Shown here one piece after another: positions 25,106-38,674 of a stretch of DNA of 64,000 nt. The position numbers and the translations under genes were made by a program. The notes below the pieces were generated by a model, which was not told where the DNA came from, made no database searches, and saw only the letters and a list, made by a program, of their open reading frames with translations. How positions within the stretch are numbered: position 1 is the stretch's first letter; each line of letters begins with the position of its first letter. This DNA comes from Ruditapes philippinarum (Eukaryota). The stretch is from positions 62,001 to 126,000 of the forward strand of contig NW_026863858.1 of assembly GCF_026571515.1 (NCBI RefSeq). Direction: 5' to 3'.

Positions 25106-27293
25106 CTGCAAAATTAAAAAAAAAGGATTTAAGGTATAAGACCCCTCATGAAATCGACAATTATCGCCATATCTCGCCATTTATCGTAACGTACTTCGTT
25201 TTCTAACGAATAAAGTCGAAATTCTAATAATAACAGTAACCTCTAGACACTTGCAGAAAACATGATCACAAAATAGACAAATATCGTTTTTTTGTTGTTG
25301 TTGTTGTTTTTGTTGTTGTTGTTTTTTTTTTAAACGATGCTTACATTTTTCATTCATTATCGTATATAAATCGAGATGAATTAGACGTTTTAAAGTTCAT
25401 TCCGTTGGGTTAAACGACGAGATTTAAACATTTTATCATATTTGTAAGCGCCTTGTCCGGTATATACCGGAATACCATATTTAGTGTGGTGCTCCCACTC
25501 AAAAAACAATTTACATAAAGTCAAATTTCTATAACATATTTGTATGACCTGTTTGAATATTCAAATTTTACAAAAAACTTATTTCTCACAGATTCATTTA
25601 TTCAGTTATTTTTGAAAGATATTTGTAAGTAAAAAACACGATTCTTTTAGAATGATTGTTGTTTGAAAGTATGCTTAATTCAAATATCGTATATTGCAGC
25701 TTTTTACCAAAAATAGTATATTCGTGTATAGACACAATAAATATACAAAAGTAGGAATGGCAAAAATCTATAAAACGAAAACAGTTTGGTTTTCCACTTT
25801 CCGTTGGTCATTAAGTAAGCAACATTTAGAACTTTCAAAAGTTCATATAGTACGTTTCTAAAATGTTCTAAAATGAATTGACTTTAAGTTAAAAGCACCT
25901 GGTAAGTTTAAGCTTATATTAGGAGAACATGGTAAGAAACAGATCGTTACGTTTATAATGGTAAATATTTCCATACATTTGAATCATTTTAATGTAGTAT
26001 CTTATACAATAATATAAAATTTAGGCAATTTCAATCTTAGTAAGGATTCAGATCTTTATGTCTTTTATCCAACGTATTCCCCAATGGCGTCATCAAAGGG
26101 CGACAACCCGTCTTAAAATTAATTTAAGAAATTTAAAAAATTAGAAATTAAATTTAAAATTTAAAAAATGTATTTAAAAGTTAAACTATTTTGAAGTGAA
26201 CAAAGAAAGTAATTTAGACATTGAAACAGAACTGCACTTACAATGCACGTAAATTTTTCAAAAAAGTGGTCAATTTATGCAAAAATATAGCCCTCACTGC
26301 GTTAGTCACGCATTAAAAACATGGTGATAAATACTGCAAAATCAATAATAAATCTTTACTTGAATCTTGAATCTCTTTCATTTTATTAAATTTTTCTAAA
26401 GTTTGATTTTCTTTAAAATGTTTTGGCTTATCTGGAGGCCTGCAGCTTTAAGTTATAATTACAAGGTAAACGTAGCTATGATTTACATGTGTGGTTGTCG
26501 GAGAAGATATAATTATTCCAAAATTAAAACCTATAATTAAAATGTAAAAAGTAAAGTGCGATGATTTGTTAGAAAATATTTCCATATTATAACCGATCCA
26601 ACAATTATATATTCAAGAAAATCGGTTTACTATCGCAATTTTTAGTCTCAGATTTAAAAAAAAAGACACACAAAAAAACAACAACAGTAAATGACTAGAA
26701 CCACAAATCATGCTTTCTTGTAACCGATTACCGATAATAAGGTAGCCATGGAAATTAAGAAAGCCGACAAAATTTTCTGAGACATACCATGCATAAACGG
26801 AAAATAACGTAGATTTGTCGAATTGGATATATATTTATAGACGGACAATTAAGGCATTAAGTATATGAGTAACAGGAAAGTGGAAGTAAATTATGCATAT
26901 TTGGAAAGTAACGTAGTTAATCTACACAAATTCATTACATCATCGCATAGATGTATCTTTACGAATCAGTTATGAATGACATACATTTATACTAACTCAT
27001 GTCTTTATACAAACCTCCTGTCTGTACGATAACTCCCTATCTTTTTACTAACTGTCTGTCTTTATACTAACACTGTCTTTATAAAATGATAACTGCACGA
27101 GGTTTAAGGCTCACCATGATACATAAGTTTGATTATATACATATGTGTATAAAATTATAAACGGATAAGAAGAGATTGTATTCATGTATGTATATATTAA
27201 TAACTGTGTGTGTAACCAATTGGCTTCTTGACATCTAGACTTATTTCGGTATACCAGTATATTACAACGCAGAATCTAACGCCCTGATATTTA

Positions 27294-27618
27294 CGGTGTT
27301 CCGTTAGGGCCATCGCCTTAGAAAAATATGAAACGCGAAAAGTCGAAAGACGAAGGGACGAAGACGAATACGCGAAAACAAGAAGGGACGAAAACGCAAA
27401 AACACGAAAGGACGACGACTAAAACGCGGGAACATGATGACGGGAACACGATTATTATCAAATTGAATTTGTCAAGTTTTCGCATCGTGCTTTCGCGTTT
27501 TCGCCTCTTTGTGTTTTTCGTCTTCGTCACTTCGTGTTTTCGTCTTCGACCGATCGTATTTTTTACTTTTCGCGTTTCATATTTTTCATTTATCGGCGAT
27601 GGCCCTAACGGAACACCG
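27294..27618. mobile_element. TA-flanked MITE with 24-bp perfect TIR
   Basis: TA|CGGTGTTCCGTTAGGGCCATCGCC ... GGCGATGGCCCTAACGGAACACCG|TA; the internal halves are also quasi-palindromic (cgaaa / tttcg rich). Confidence 0.9.
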
Positions 27619-29019
27619 TAAATATAACCGGAACCTTGTGAGTAAGGTCAAAAATGAGAACAAATTTACTGAAGTTATTCAAATGTAGTTCCTGGTTGGC
27701 AAACAGTTTGCGACATAACTTTCAATGAGATCGTTACTTCGTATTTGTTCTACTCCGTTTAATTCTACTAATGAAAGAATGACATAATCTTTACTTACGT
27801 CAGTCATATGAAAATCCAGTCGGCCTAATTGGTAGGTTGACATGTCCAGTATGAATCCATACTGATTAAATATTTATACATTATCACATAAATTTAAAGA
27901 TACACATAAATTATCAGTGATTAGATAAAACTCCGAGCCGATGTTTAAACAGTTTAAACAGGTCCGAAAGTAAAACTAAAATAAAAGTTAGCATATAATC
28001 CACCGCTATTTTGATCATTATCTGTTTAAAGTTTAAACGTTAATACACAGCGGTATTTATTAGCCAATTCTGTCAGAGTTACTGTTCTTTTCTACCATAA
28101 AATATTGAGGACAATATGAGATAATGATTCGGTTCCGGTAACACACCGTCCTGACTCTTTCTTTTACATATACGAGCAGCAGCATGGTTGTTTTGTTCGT
28201 GTTCTGCATGATAAATTTATAAGTATGAGATCAGATGTCACGGAGATAATTTCCCCTTGTCCCAGGATCAAACGGATAACAAATCGGATTTGTTGAGCTA
28301 AACAGACGACTAACCTTTATCGAATTATAGAACTCACAATTCACTTTATTTTGCTAATTTCTTATGTTATTTCCTTTTTACTAAATGAAAGAACTTGGTT
28401 AGACTGGTGACGTATAATTCGAATATGTTCTCTCATTAGTAACATTAGAAGAAGATTCAGACAATTAAAGATTACCCAGAAATAACGCACAAAAAAAGAG
28501 AAAAAAATATACAAAGAGGATATTTAAGTTGTTTCTATAAATTCAAGATGAAAATATATATTTCATGAGTGGCGATAGCCACAAGGGAAATATGATAATT
28601 TGTATACCACAAGATGAAAATAAATCCTGTATTTATAGAAAAAAATACTTGCATTTTTTGTTTAATATATACATTTCCTCTTTTTTTATGTTACAATTTG
28701 AAAGACTTCCCCTTTTGTGTATTGGCTATATTTAAGAGAAAGCAGTCCGGCAAGACACCCGTGAAAATACTGAATATATGTTTCACTGCAGTGAAACATA
28801 TATTTTTATAGTGAAAATACGAAAAATGAAAACTACGCATTTTAATTCATCACAATTTCTCAATATTTCATTAAGTATATAATAAACCATTGACAACAAG
28901 GTCAAAAAAAGTAAATATGGTATATTTTAGAAACAAAAGTCAATATGATAATTGAAGGTTTTATTTTCATCATTCAGTGGTTATAACACAAACACAAATA
29001 GTTTCATATATTATTCCAT

Positions 29020-32000
29020 CTATCCTACTATCACATTGCCATCATCCATTCTGAAATAAAGATATTTGAAAGTTTAACCATTACAGGCTAGATATCTTAA
29101 ATGTACTTCATTATGGACTAAACCATTAATTATTTTTAGAGTGAAGCTCAAAACATTAACTGAATAAATGACGAACTGAATGAATTCCTAACTGAATTAA
29201 TACCGAACTGACTAAATAGTGAACGGAATGAAAAGCTAACTTGATGAATAGTGAACTAAATTATTAGCTAACTGAATTAATAGCGAAATGAATTTATAGC
29301 GAACTGGATGAAAAAGCGAACTGAATAAATAGCAAACTGAATTAAATGCGAACTGAATTAATAGCATATTGAATGAAAAGCAAAATGAATGAAAAGCGAA
29401 CTGAATAAATATCGAACTGAATTTCTTGTTGGTGCAAATTGATGACATCTGTATTTGGGGCATTGATATGTAAGTTGGCGCAAATTAAGTAGTCCGAACT
29501 TCTTATACTCATTTTTTACAATTATCAATATTGTAGTTAGCGAACTATTTTTGATATTACTTTGTTAATCATTTTTTACAATTTCTTGAAAAAATAAAAT
29601 ATAACTTATGTCTATTTTCATTGTTCTCGTCATGTGCAATTAATAATGTTAATGTAGTCGTTTTACAATACATGTATTTAAATGGTTCGTTTATGTCAGT
29701 GTTTGAAAAATAAATCAATGAAAAACTAAATAGTTTTTATGTCCTCCATTTTTAGGCATTTCGCTAAAATTTCATGTATTCTACAAAACAAGCAGCTTTG
29801 AAAATAATATGAGTGTTGGTGAATGCGTTAAATGCACGTCGGTCCATTTACAAACGTGTTAACAAATGTTTTTTTTTTTCTTCAACTCCAAACGCAAGTA
29901 AGAAGCTTAAGGCACTGCAAGCTCTGCTGTGGGAAACTAAATTAACAAATAAATGCACGATAGCAAATACCTTAATATTCACATATTCGTCATATAATAA
30001 GAAATGTTAGCATGTTTTTTCGTGATCACAAATTATGATGTGGTTATGGACCCTAGACGTCACACAGCTACTCTGTCAAAATTATTGAGATTATATCTAA
30101 TTACGGAAAACTGTAATTTAAATAAAAATAATACATTAATCAAACTTACGGTTTTTCGCAGACATAATTACATTGTTGATGACAATCGTAGTCCGCCCAT
30201 TTCCAGTTCCAGTCGCCCCAGTACGTGAGACAGTCCTCGTCGAGATGTAAGGGGATACTGTTCGGTTCACCTGGTCCCCAGTCGGTGAATGTGACAGGTT
30301 CGTCTGTACCGTACCACAGAAACTGACCTTCCACCACGTCATCTGACGCGCCCATCCAGACACTGGCCCCAGACACTGTCATTATAATAATATTGTTTAA
30401 AAGAGTTGGAGACGTTGTTGTATTTCCATCAAAGTAAAAATCATTAAGTAAAATGATACTGGATGGAAATGTTGTATTTAAAAGGGAAATATTGTTTTCG
30501 ATGGAAATATAGTTTCCGAAGGAAACATTGTATTTAATTAAGGGAAATTTTGTATTAAAGGAAATATTGTTTCCGAGGGAAATATTGTATTTAAGGGAAA
30601 TATTGATTTCTAGGGAAATATTGTATTCAAGGGAAATATTGTAATGAAGGGAAATGTTGTATTCAATGGAAATGTTGTATTCCAGGGAAAATATGTTGTA
30701 TTCAAGGGGAAATATTGTATTAAGGGAAATATTGTTTTCTAGGGAAATATTGTATTCAAGGGAAATATTGTATTCGAGGGAAATATTGTATTTAAGGGAA
30801 ATATTGTTTTCGATGGACATATTGTTACCTCGAAACATAATTTATCATACTGAACATGGTCAGAACTATTTTTCTTTAATCAATATCATTTTCGACTTAA
30901 AATAAGAGTGTACGCGTTTGCCGTATTACAGAAAATGTCTTTTTTGTTATTTAAATTTCAAAAGACAAATAATTAGATATTTATATAAAACGTGACATAT
31001 ACTTGTTTAACTGCACCAGTCCTGTTCTTCTGTAATAAAAATCATTGTTTGTAATCGCGGGCTTAGTTCGATTGAGCCTATCTATGAATGGGAGAAAGAC
31101 CGGGCTTGGTTCGATTGAGCTATCTATGTATGGGAGAAGTCAAAGCAAGCTCTAACACCGACGTAATCAAAATCTGTTGCACTATTCTTTAAATATTTCG
31201 TTCCATGATACGGTAGGTAAGTTTGACACTGAATTAATTTATGAGCTTACCGCCGCCTAGTCCTTGCGAAATTAATCCTTTAACGAAAATATTTTCAGCA
31301 TTGTCCTCTACATGGACTAGATATGCTTGATGTCCGGCACATAACAACTGTAAGAAAAGAGGGTAAACTATTTCATACCTTAAGTCAAACTTGATATGCA
31401 CCTTCGAAAAATACCACATCTTTCAAACAGTAAAATGTTCTAGTCAACTTTTAACTTTGAAATTTATACATTTAAAAGATAATCGATTTGAGAGATTTTG
31501 TCAAATCTGTAGACTGTTTTTACGTATATATCAATTTAGGGAACATTGCAAGATATTTATTACGAGGCTAAATTGATAAGATTGGAAGCACATTGGTTGC
31601 ATTGTGATTGTCTTTCATAAACATGTTTGTTAATAACTAAGTATATTATATACACTACTGGAATAATTATTAATATTTTATATACAAACCCTTGATAACT
31701 CAAAGTATTTTTAAAAAGTATAGTATATACACACAGTTATATTTGTCTTTAGGATATACTCACCTGAGATTCAATCCAGTTATATTTGTCTTTAGGATAT
31801 ACACACCTGAGATTCAATTCAGTTGTATTTGTCTTTAGGATATACACACCTGAGATTCAATTCAGTTATATTTGTCTTTAGGATATACACACCTGAGATT
31901 CAATCCAGTCATATTTGTCTTTAGGATATACACACCTGAGATTCAATTCAGTTATATTTGTCTTTAGGATATACACACCTGAGATTCAATCCAGTCATAT

Positions 32001-32162
32001 TTGTCTTTAGGATATACACATCTGAGATTCGATCCTGTTATATTTGTCTTTAGGATATACACACCTGAGATTCAATCCAGTTATATTTGTCTTTAGGATT
32101 AAAGAGATAGCAGGATTCGTCGTGATGTATCCAACCTTTCGGACAGTCTGAATAAACCTGGC
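29020..32162 (-). CDS. C-type lectin, perlucin-like (single CTLD, EPN...WAD); signal-peptide exon not located
   Basis: Four phase-compatible GT-AG exons: 32162-32065 (QVYSDCPKGWIHHDESCYLFNPKDKYNWIESQ), 31347-31251 (LLCAGHQAYLVHVEDNAENIFVKGLISQGLGG), 30375-30150 (VWMGASD..EGQFLW...FTDWGPGEPN...EDC...WADYDC...YVCEK) and 29050-29020 (MDDGNVIVG*). AATAAA on the minus strand near 28960. Confidence 0.9.
29158..29422. repeat. ~17-bp degenerate tandem repeat (GCGAACTGAATAAATA-like)
   Basis: Recurrent aactgaat motif in the last lectin intron. Confidence 0.7.
30460..30835. repeat. 18-bp minisatellite (AGGGAAATATTGTATTCA)n in lectin intron
   Basis: About 20 units; produces the artefactual (YNISLE)n N-terminus of ORF 30146..30838. 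Confidence 0.92.
31734..32099 (-). repeat. 43-bp tandem array, ~8.5 copies, each comprising the last ~11 codons of a lectin exon + splice donor
   Basis: cacctgag at 31761, 31804, 31847, 31890, 31933, 31976, (32019 mutated) and 32062. Minus strand reads CCT AAA GAC AAA TAT AAC TGG ATT GAA TCT CAG|gtgtgtatat. Confidence 0.92.
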
Positions 32163-34158
32163 CTATAGTAGATAGATATTGTTGTATGCTTTTTGGTGAG
32201 ATACTAAACTATATCGATTAGATATAACTCTTATATAACCCAGTGAAATATAGAATTTTGAAACGGAATATAGATTTTCATGACGTCATGGAAATGTCAT
32301 ATAGATATGAAGAAACTGCGCATTCTTTGTCCTATTATTTGTATTACTACAGACTAGTTTTAATATATATAAAAAACAATATACTTATGGAATACGAACA
32401 AATAACGATTAAAAAATAAGTTGCCTTTGTTTAAACATATCTTACAATACGACATCAGTATTTATCAATATTTTCATTATTTTCAACATTGTTCTGCGTG
32501 CGTCTTTTTGTGAGATTTATCACATACCCGTGTCGTTTTTGAAGTCCGTCAAAATGGTGTTGCACGCCCGTGCATATAATTTGGCGTGACGTCACTTGCG
32601 TTATACAAACGCGCTAAATGATAACGTTACACTATAGGTGCGCCATTGAAAAATGATTCTTTTTCACTTTAAACAAACTTTATTTTGGGTATGTGATAAA
32701 TACAGGAACATTATATTCGTGAAGGTTCATTCCTGAAATAATTGAACTTGTTGAATAAAATAGTTTTATGTTCGCTAGAACTTTTTCAATAAATTCAGTA
32801 TTGAACTTACACTCTATATATTCCATATTCACTGAACTATATTTTATGATTATGATTTCATAAGATCACAATGTATTCAGGTAACAACGTGAAATTTAAC
32901 GGAACAATCACCATGACGTGGTTTCTAGATAACCTTGAAAGTTCTTAAATTCATTTCGCATTGGTATCAAAAGAACTTCAAAAATAATGTATTCTACACT
33001 TTATTGCTCCAATCAAGTTTCATAGAAATGTTTTAAGTATACAATATTCGTAAATCTTATAAACAATTTTACCTAAAGCTATAGCTATAAGTAAGTATAA
33101 TAAAACTCCGTTATTCGCCATTTCTGTGTACAGACAAAAACATTGGCACAGTTAGATAAGGATTGGTTCGTATTGTTTTACAGATAGATAATGACCTTAA
33201 ATTAATATTACGTTATTCTGTCCTCATTCCTCAACTGTACAAAAATAAAAAAATAAAAATAAAAAACATAGCATATTTCACTCCGACAAAATACATACAT
33301 TCAAATAAAATTAAACATCTTATAATTATCAAAGTTTACATTATTTAGTAGCAAAGTAATGATACAAATACATCTTTGGATTGTATGAATGAAAGGAAAT
33401 AAAGTAATTTTACTAACAAGATAACATTTTTTTATAATTTTATCAGAAGATTCGGTTGATTTAATTCCTTAAGTATAGTAAAGTGAAAGCATGCAAATTT
33501 ATGATCAAATTATCAGACCAATTCAAATCCAGTTAGACCGAGAGAGCACCATATAATTATTCAGATTTGATTAAACTGTATAAAATTTATACATCTGCTG
33601 CCAAAAACCAAGTGTTTAAAGTTTTAAAAAAGAACACAGTTAACATCCAAAATGCTTTAATGAAATAAATTTGGTAGTTATAAATTGCCTTAAAAAGGGA
33701 ATGAAAGTGAATGGCGCATGCACAAAATCAATCATTATAAAGGGATTAAACCCTACCTATTTGTTTCAGAACATTTTATTTCATTTGCATACAATATTCA
33801 TGTGTTTTAAATAGCAGAGACATTCTATGTTACAACTCTTCCGTTAAAACCAATTCAATTTTACACTTAATAAACTTGATTTTTATCTCTTCAAAATATT
33901 TTTCTTAATTTGGTAGAATCTAACAGGCACTCGAACGAAAGTGACGTCATCTATAACGTCATAACGTCAATAACCTGCTTGTACATGGGATAAAATCTAC
34001 TTTGAGTTAATTTATATAATCAACTTTTCAGTATAATATATTTCAGTTGATTAAAAAACCATCTAATATGGATACTCAAACATTACGAAATTGCCAGTAT
34101 TTTTATTCATATGATAAAATCTACGTTATATTTATTTAAATCTAATAAGAAACGTAAT

Positions 34159-34397
34159 TGAGCCGCGTCATGACAAAACCAACACAGTGCGTCTGCGACC
34201 AGCATGGATCCAGACCAGCCTGCGCATCCGCGCAGTCTGATCAGGATCCATGCCGTTCGCTTACCAACTCTATTACAAGTAGAGAAAACTGATAGCGAAC
34301 AGCATGGATCCTGATCACACTGCGCGGATGCTTAGGCTGGTCTGGATCCATGCTGGTCGCAAACCCATTATGTTGGTTTTGTCGTGACGCGGATCAT
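34159..34397. mobile_element. Palindromic MITE (family A), copy 2
   Basis: Near-identical to 15121-15358. Confidence 0.85.
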
Positions 34398-34597
34398 TTA
34401 TTGATTTTATTGAATCTCCAGTTAAGATATTAATCGATAAATCAACAGGCTGCAATGATATCCGGAGAAGACAAGTGTTCACAGGATGTATTTCAAGTGA
34501 TATAGAATACATGACATGTTTCAACAGTCAACTATGACGTATGTAGGGTTAAGTATTATTATACTTATGTATGTATCATACTAATGTATGAAACATA

Positions 34598-34795
34598 GGG
34601 CGGCATGGCCGAATAGTTATCGCGTCGGATCAGTAATCTTATGATTGCTAGCCACATGGGTTCAAACCCCGTCAGGGGCAAGTCGTTGTTTACTTGAGCA
34701 AGAAACTTTACACTCATTGCTCAGTTCTGTTTGGCCATAAGCTTATAGCTTCCTACACAATCGAACTAAAATAAAAACTGTATAAGCCAAACATA
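34598..34795 (+). mobile_element. tRNA-derived SINE with CORE-like central domain
   Basis: gggcggcaTGGCCGAATAG (A box), GGGTTCAAACCCC (B box), then cttgagcaagaaactttacactcattgctcagt resembling the CORE-SINE consensus. Confidence 0.6.
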
Positions 34796-36380
34796 AAGCG
34801 GATCTAGATCTAGGGTTCAATGATAGGCACCGGTCTAGTAATCCTGAGGTCTCATGTCTTTATCTTCCTTTCTTCTAGTAGCAAAAGGAATGGTCTTTCG
34901 AACGATACTTTAAAGCTACACGCCTACAGATAAGTCAAAATATTTCAAGGAAAACAACCTTGAGAAAAGTGTACTAAAATTTTAAGAAATGAACCAAGAA
35001 TCAAGTACTAATTTACATATTATGTGCGATAAATTACTGATTGTGCAGTCTTTATATTATGTTTTATCTCTACTGCGTGACTTACGCATTGAGGGCTATT
35101 TTTGTACATGATCTATTTTTTCTTCTTTTTTTGTAACTTACGTCGATTTTAAGCGCCGATTGCAATTATAAGTAAATAAAGACCTTTCTTTGTTCATTTC
35201 ACAATACTTTACTTTTAAATAACTTTTTTTTAATTTTCATGAAAATCAGCTTGAATCTGGTATGCTGCTTTAAAAGACAAGGTCCCCATGTATCGTGTTC
35301 TATGGCGTGCATGTAAAAGAAATGGGGACACCTTTGTAATGGCCTTATTCAGTCTGTGCTTTAGCCATGCATTTACTCCAGAAAATTACACTTCTATAAT
35401 AGTATAGCGTCGCTATAATTAATAAATTGCGATATTGAATAAACGAAACGGAAACAAATGCATAACATTACTATACATCTATGTTGGGAATTAAAAAAGT
35501 CGGCAATATACCAATAGTATAAAGCCTAGTCACGCAGGCCTTGGCAGAGGTTTATCAGTTACTGTTGCAGCAAGCGTGCAGCAAGCGTTCGTTGGAAAAC
35601 GTATACCTGGTTCAGACATACTGTAACTATAGTCAAGTACTACAATTTTAAACAGTGTGAACATTTTCCGAATACTTATAAAATCAGTTACTAGATCAAA
35701 TAACTAAGTCATATTATACACTTAATATATTTCCTTTCGGTAAATGTTTCTCATTATTTAGTAAAATTACTAGTGAAACAACTTTCCAATTGTATGCAAG
35801 GATAATTTACCTTCATATATGAATATATACAGGATCAAAATAGCAGTTATTCAAAGGTAGCTTTATATAATTCAACAACTTTAATATATTGTTTTTTTTA
35901 ACTGACTTCACATTTTGTTTGTTGTTTTAATTCATAAATATTTGGCAATATTCGTTTACGTTATGTATTATTTGCGTTTAATGTTTCGTTTCTGTTTCTA
36001 TTTTTTTTTGTCTATTTATTTATTTCCTATTTCATTTAATGTATTTATTTCTCAAAGTTATATAATCTTTAAATTTTGCTTTACATTGTTACACCGACAA
36101 CGTATATTGAGTTATTATGATTTAAATTTAAAATTAAATTTAATGTGAATACTATTTCGATACGAATAGCAAGTTGTAAGTTTCAGCATTCGTTACGTAG
36201 CTTCTTATAAACACTTCATAAATTAAAGGGGTCAGTTGTCTTTCTGTTAATCTGTCTCATAATCAACCATTCAAGGGCTCTTGGGTTCCAGTCCCTCTGG
36301 CATTTCAATCATGTTTCTTCAAATAACACCTGTACTGGTAAGGTTCAGGTGATCCGAACACTAACCCTAACCGTGCGCTG

Positions 36381-37585
36381 TTTTTAGCTCACCAGAGCCA
36401 AAGGTCAGGGTGAGCTATTCGTATCAAAGGGGGATGCTCCGGCGTCCGTCATCCGTCGTCATGCGTCAACAATCGTCTTCTTCTCTGAAACTACTAAGCA
36501 AATTTACTTCAAATTTGGTCTGTAGCATCCTTGTGACAGTCACACTTGAATTTGCTCATGTCATTCCAGCTGAGCTAAAAATAGAAAAACCTTAAAACAT
36601 CTTCTTCTACAGAACTAATGGATGGATGATCACCAAACTTTGTCTGTAGCATTATTGGGTAGTCTTTTATCAAGTTTGCTCATATTAATTAGATTGGCCC
36701 CTTTTAGGGGTCAGCAGAGCTAAAAATAAAAAAAACTTTAAACGTCTATTTCTAGAGAACTAATTGATGGATGATCACCAAACTTTGTCTGTAGCATTCT
36801 TAGGTAGTCTTTTATCAAGTTTGCTCATATTATTTTGATTGGCCCCTTTTAGGGGTCTCTAGGACTAAAAATAGAAAAACCTTTAAACATCTTCTCCTAC
36901 AGAACTAATGGATGGATGATCACCAAACTTTGTCTGTAGCATTCTTGGGTAATTCTTTATCAAGTTTGCTCATATTAATTTGATTGGCCCCTTTTAGGGG
37001 CCGCTAAAGCTAAAAAAATAGAAATACCGTTAAATGTCTATTTCTAATGAACTAATTGATGGATGATCACCAAACCTTGTCTGTAGCATTCTTGGGTAGT
37101 CTTTTATCAAGTTTGCTAATATTATTCTGATAGGCCCCTTTTAGGGGCCTCTAAAATTAAAAATAGAAATACGTTTAAACATCTTCTCCTACAGAACTAA
37201 TTAATGGATGATCACCAAACTTTGTCTGTAGCATTCTTGGGTACTCTTTTATCAAGTTTGCTTATATTAATTTGATTAGCCCCTTTTAGGGGCCACTAAA
37301 GCTAAAAATAGAAAAAAACCTCGAACATCATTTCCTACTGAAGAAATTGATAGATGATCACCGAACTTTGTAGCATTCTTAGGTAGTCTTTTATCAAGTT
37401 TGCTCATATTTATTTGATTAGCCCCGTTTAAGCTAAAGCTTAAATACCCCAGGTCATGGCATTTCTTTAAATTATTGTTTTAACATATTCTATGCTCAAA
37501 TTTAATATTAGAATATATTGACATTGCAACACTGAGAAGCAGTTGTTTCTGGTGAGCGACTCAGGGCCACCATGACCCTCTTGTT
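36381..37585 (+). mobile_element. HINE-like element with ~146-bp tandem array (~6 units)
   Basis: 5' ttttaGCTCACCAG...ggtgagct and cgtccgtc microsatellite; tandem units (gatgatcaccaaactttgtctgtagc); 3' CTGGTGAGCgactcAGGGccaccatgaCCCTcttgtt. Confidence 0.8.
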
Positions 37586-38674
37586 AAAGATTGAGCTTAA
37601 ATAAATACTGTTCAGTTAAAATGGTTCAAATTGGTTTCTTAAAAAGTTTATTATAACACTTCGTTATGTATATCATTGTAAACGATATCCCAATGCTGTC
37701 ACATCGGACACATAAAATAATTTTATAATTTGTCAAACGTCAAATTCTTTCAATATCACCTAGAACTTTCCCAGCATCATAAGTACAATTCCGTTTGTCT
37801 TCAAATATTTAATGGGCCGACTACGACGCCGAAGATTGATGTTTCTTTATTTTTAAGACTTACAAAAAGACCCCTGTAATAGACCCTTGGTATAGTCAGA
37901 AACTGTTTTAACTATTTCTTAAATCATATATGAAATAACTGCTTTTTGTTTGAGTCCAAGACAATTACTCACTCACCTGAGTGACTTGTTATCTCGGAAA
38001 ATTTTCCTATAATAATTTGTGTTGTTTAATTCCCTTCCGTTATTTTCTCTCCCCTGAAAATTTCCCCTTCCCCACCCACCCCTCGTTATTTTCACTCAAC
38101 AAAAGATTCCCCTTTCGTTTTTTTCTTGCATATCAGACTGGTGTTTCCATTTGTTTTTCCCATGCTGGAAATTTCATCTGACTAGGTGAGGGGGGTGCCA
38201 GATGAGTCGCGTGCTATACGAAAACATGCTTAGGATGACGTAATTTTGCCGTTATGAATGAAGTTATAATTTCATACTCCGTTGTAAGAAAATAGTTTCG
38301 GGTGTAATGACATAAATTTCCATGAAAAATTGTTTTATATAGGTAAAGAATTGAAGATAGTATGGTAGAATATGCAAGACAAAATATATGACATATGCTC
38401 ACGGTTCGGAACATCCGCCCCTCGGGAACCCGCCCATGGACGGTAACTCGGAAAGCCTCGTTTCCGCCACCGCAAAATATGAAAATTATTATTAATCTAA
38501 CTTCGGACAATAAACTTTCCGTTCTTTTCTCACTTCAGTTTTAAAAAAAAATCGATCAGGATTAAAGGTCGGGGTATTGTCTAGGACGTTTGTTATGTCC
38601 CATCTTATCCATGTACACTCAATACGATATATCTGTGTATTTCAGGTGTAAATGTATAACCAAAATACAACAAT

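Noticed and set aside
27799-27843. Candidate first SGPL1 exon (ATG...MSTYQLGRLDFHMTD|gtaagt, minus strand)
   Set aside because: Good donor, but it ends in phase 0 whereas the 25105 exon needs phase 2; could be 5' UTR, not supportable as CDS.
30376-30838. (YNISLE)n N-terminal extension of the lectin ORF, resembling a glycosylated repeat domain
   Set aside because: It is an 18-bp intronic minisatellite; the true exon starts at the acceptor at 30375 and joins the upstream lectin exons in phase.
34598-34680. Possible tRNA genes (also 17655-17728, 46800-46870)
   Set aside because: A/B boxes are present but stems do not close into a cloverleaf; better explained as SINE heads.
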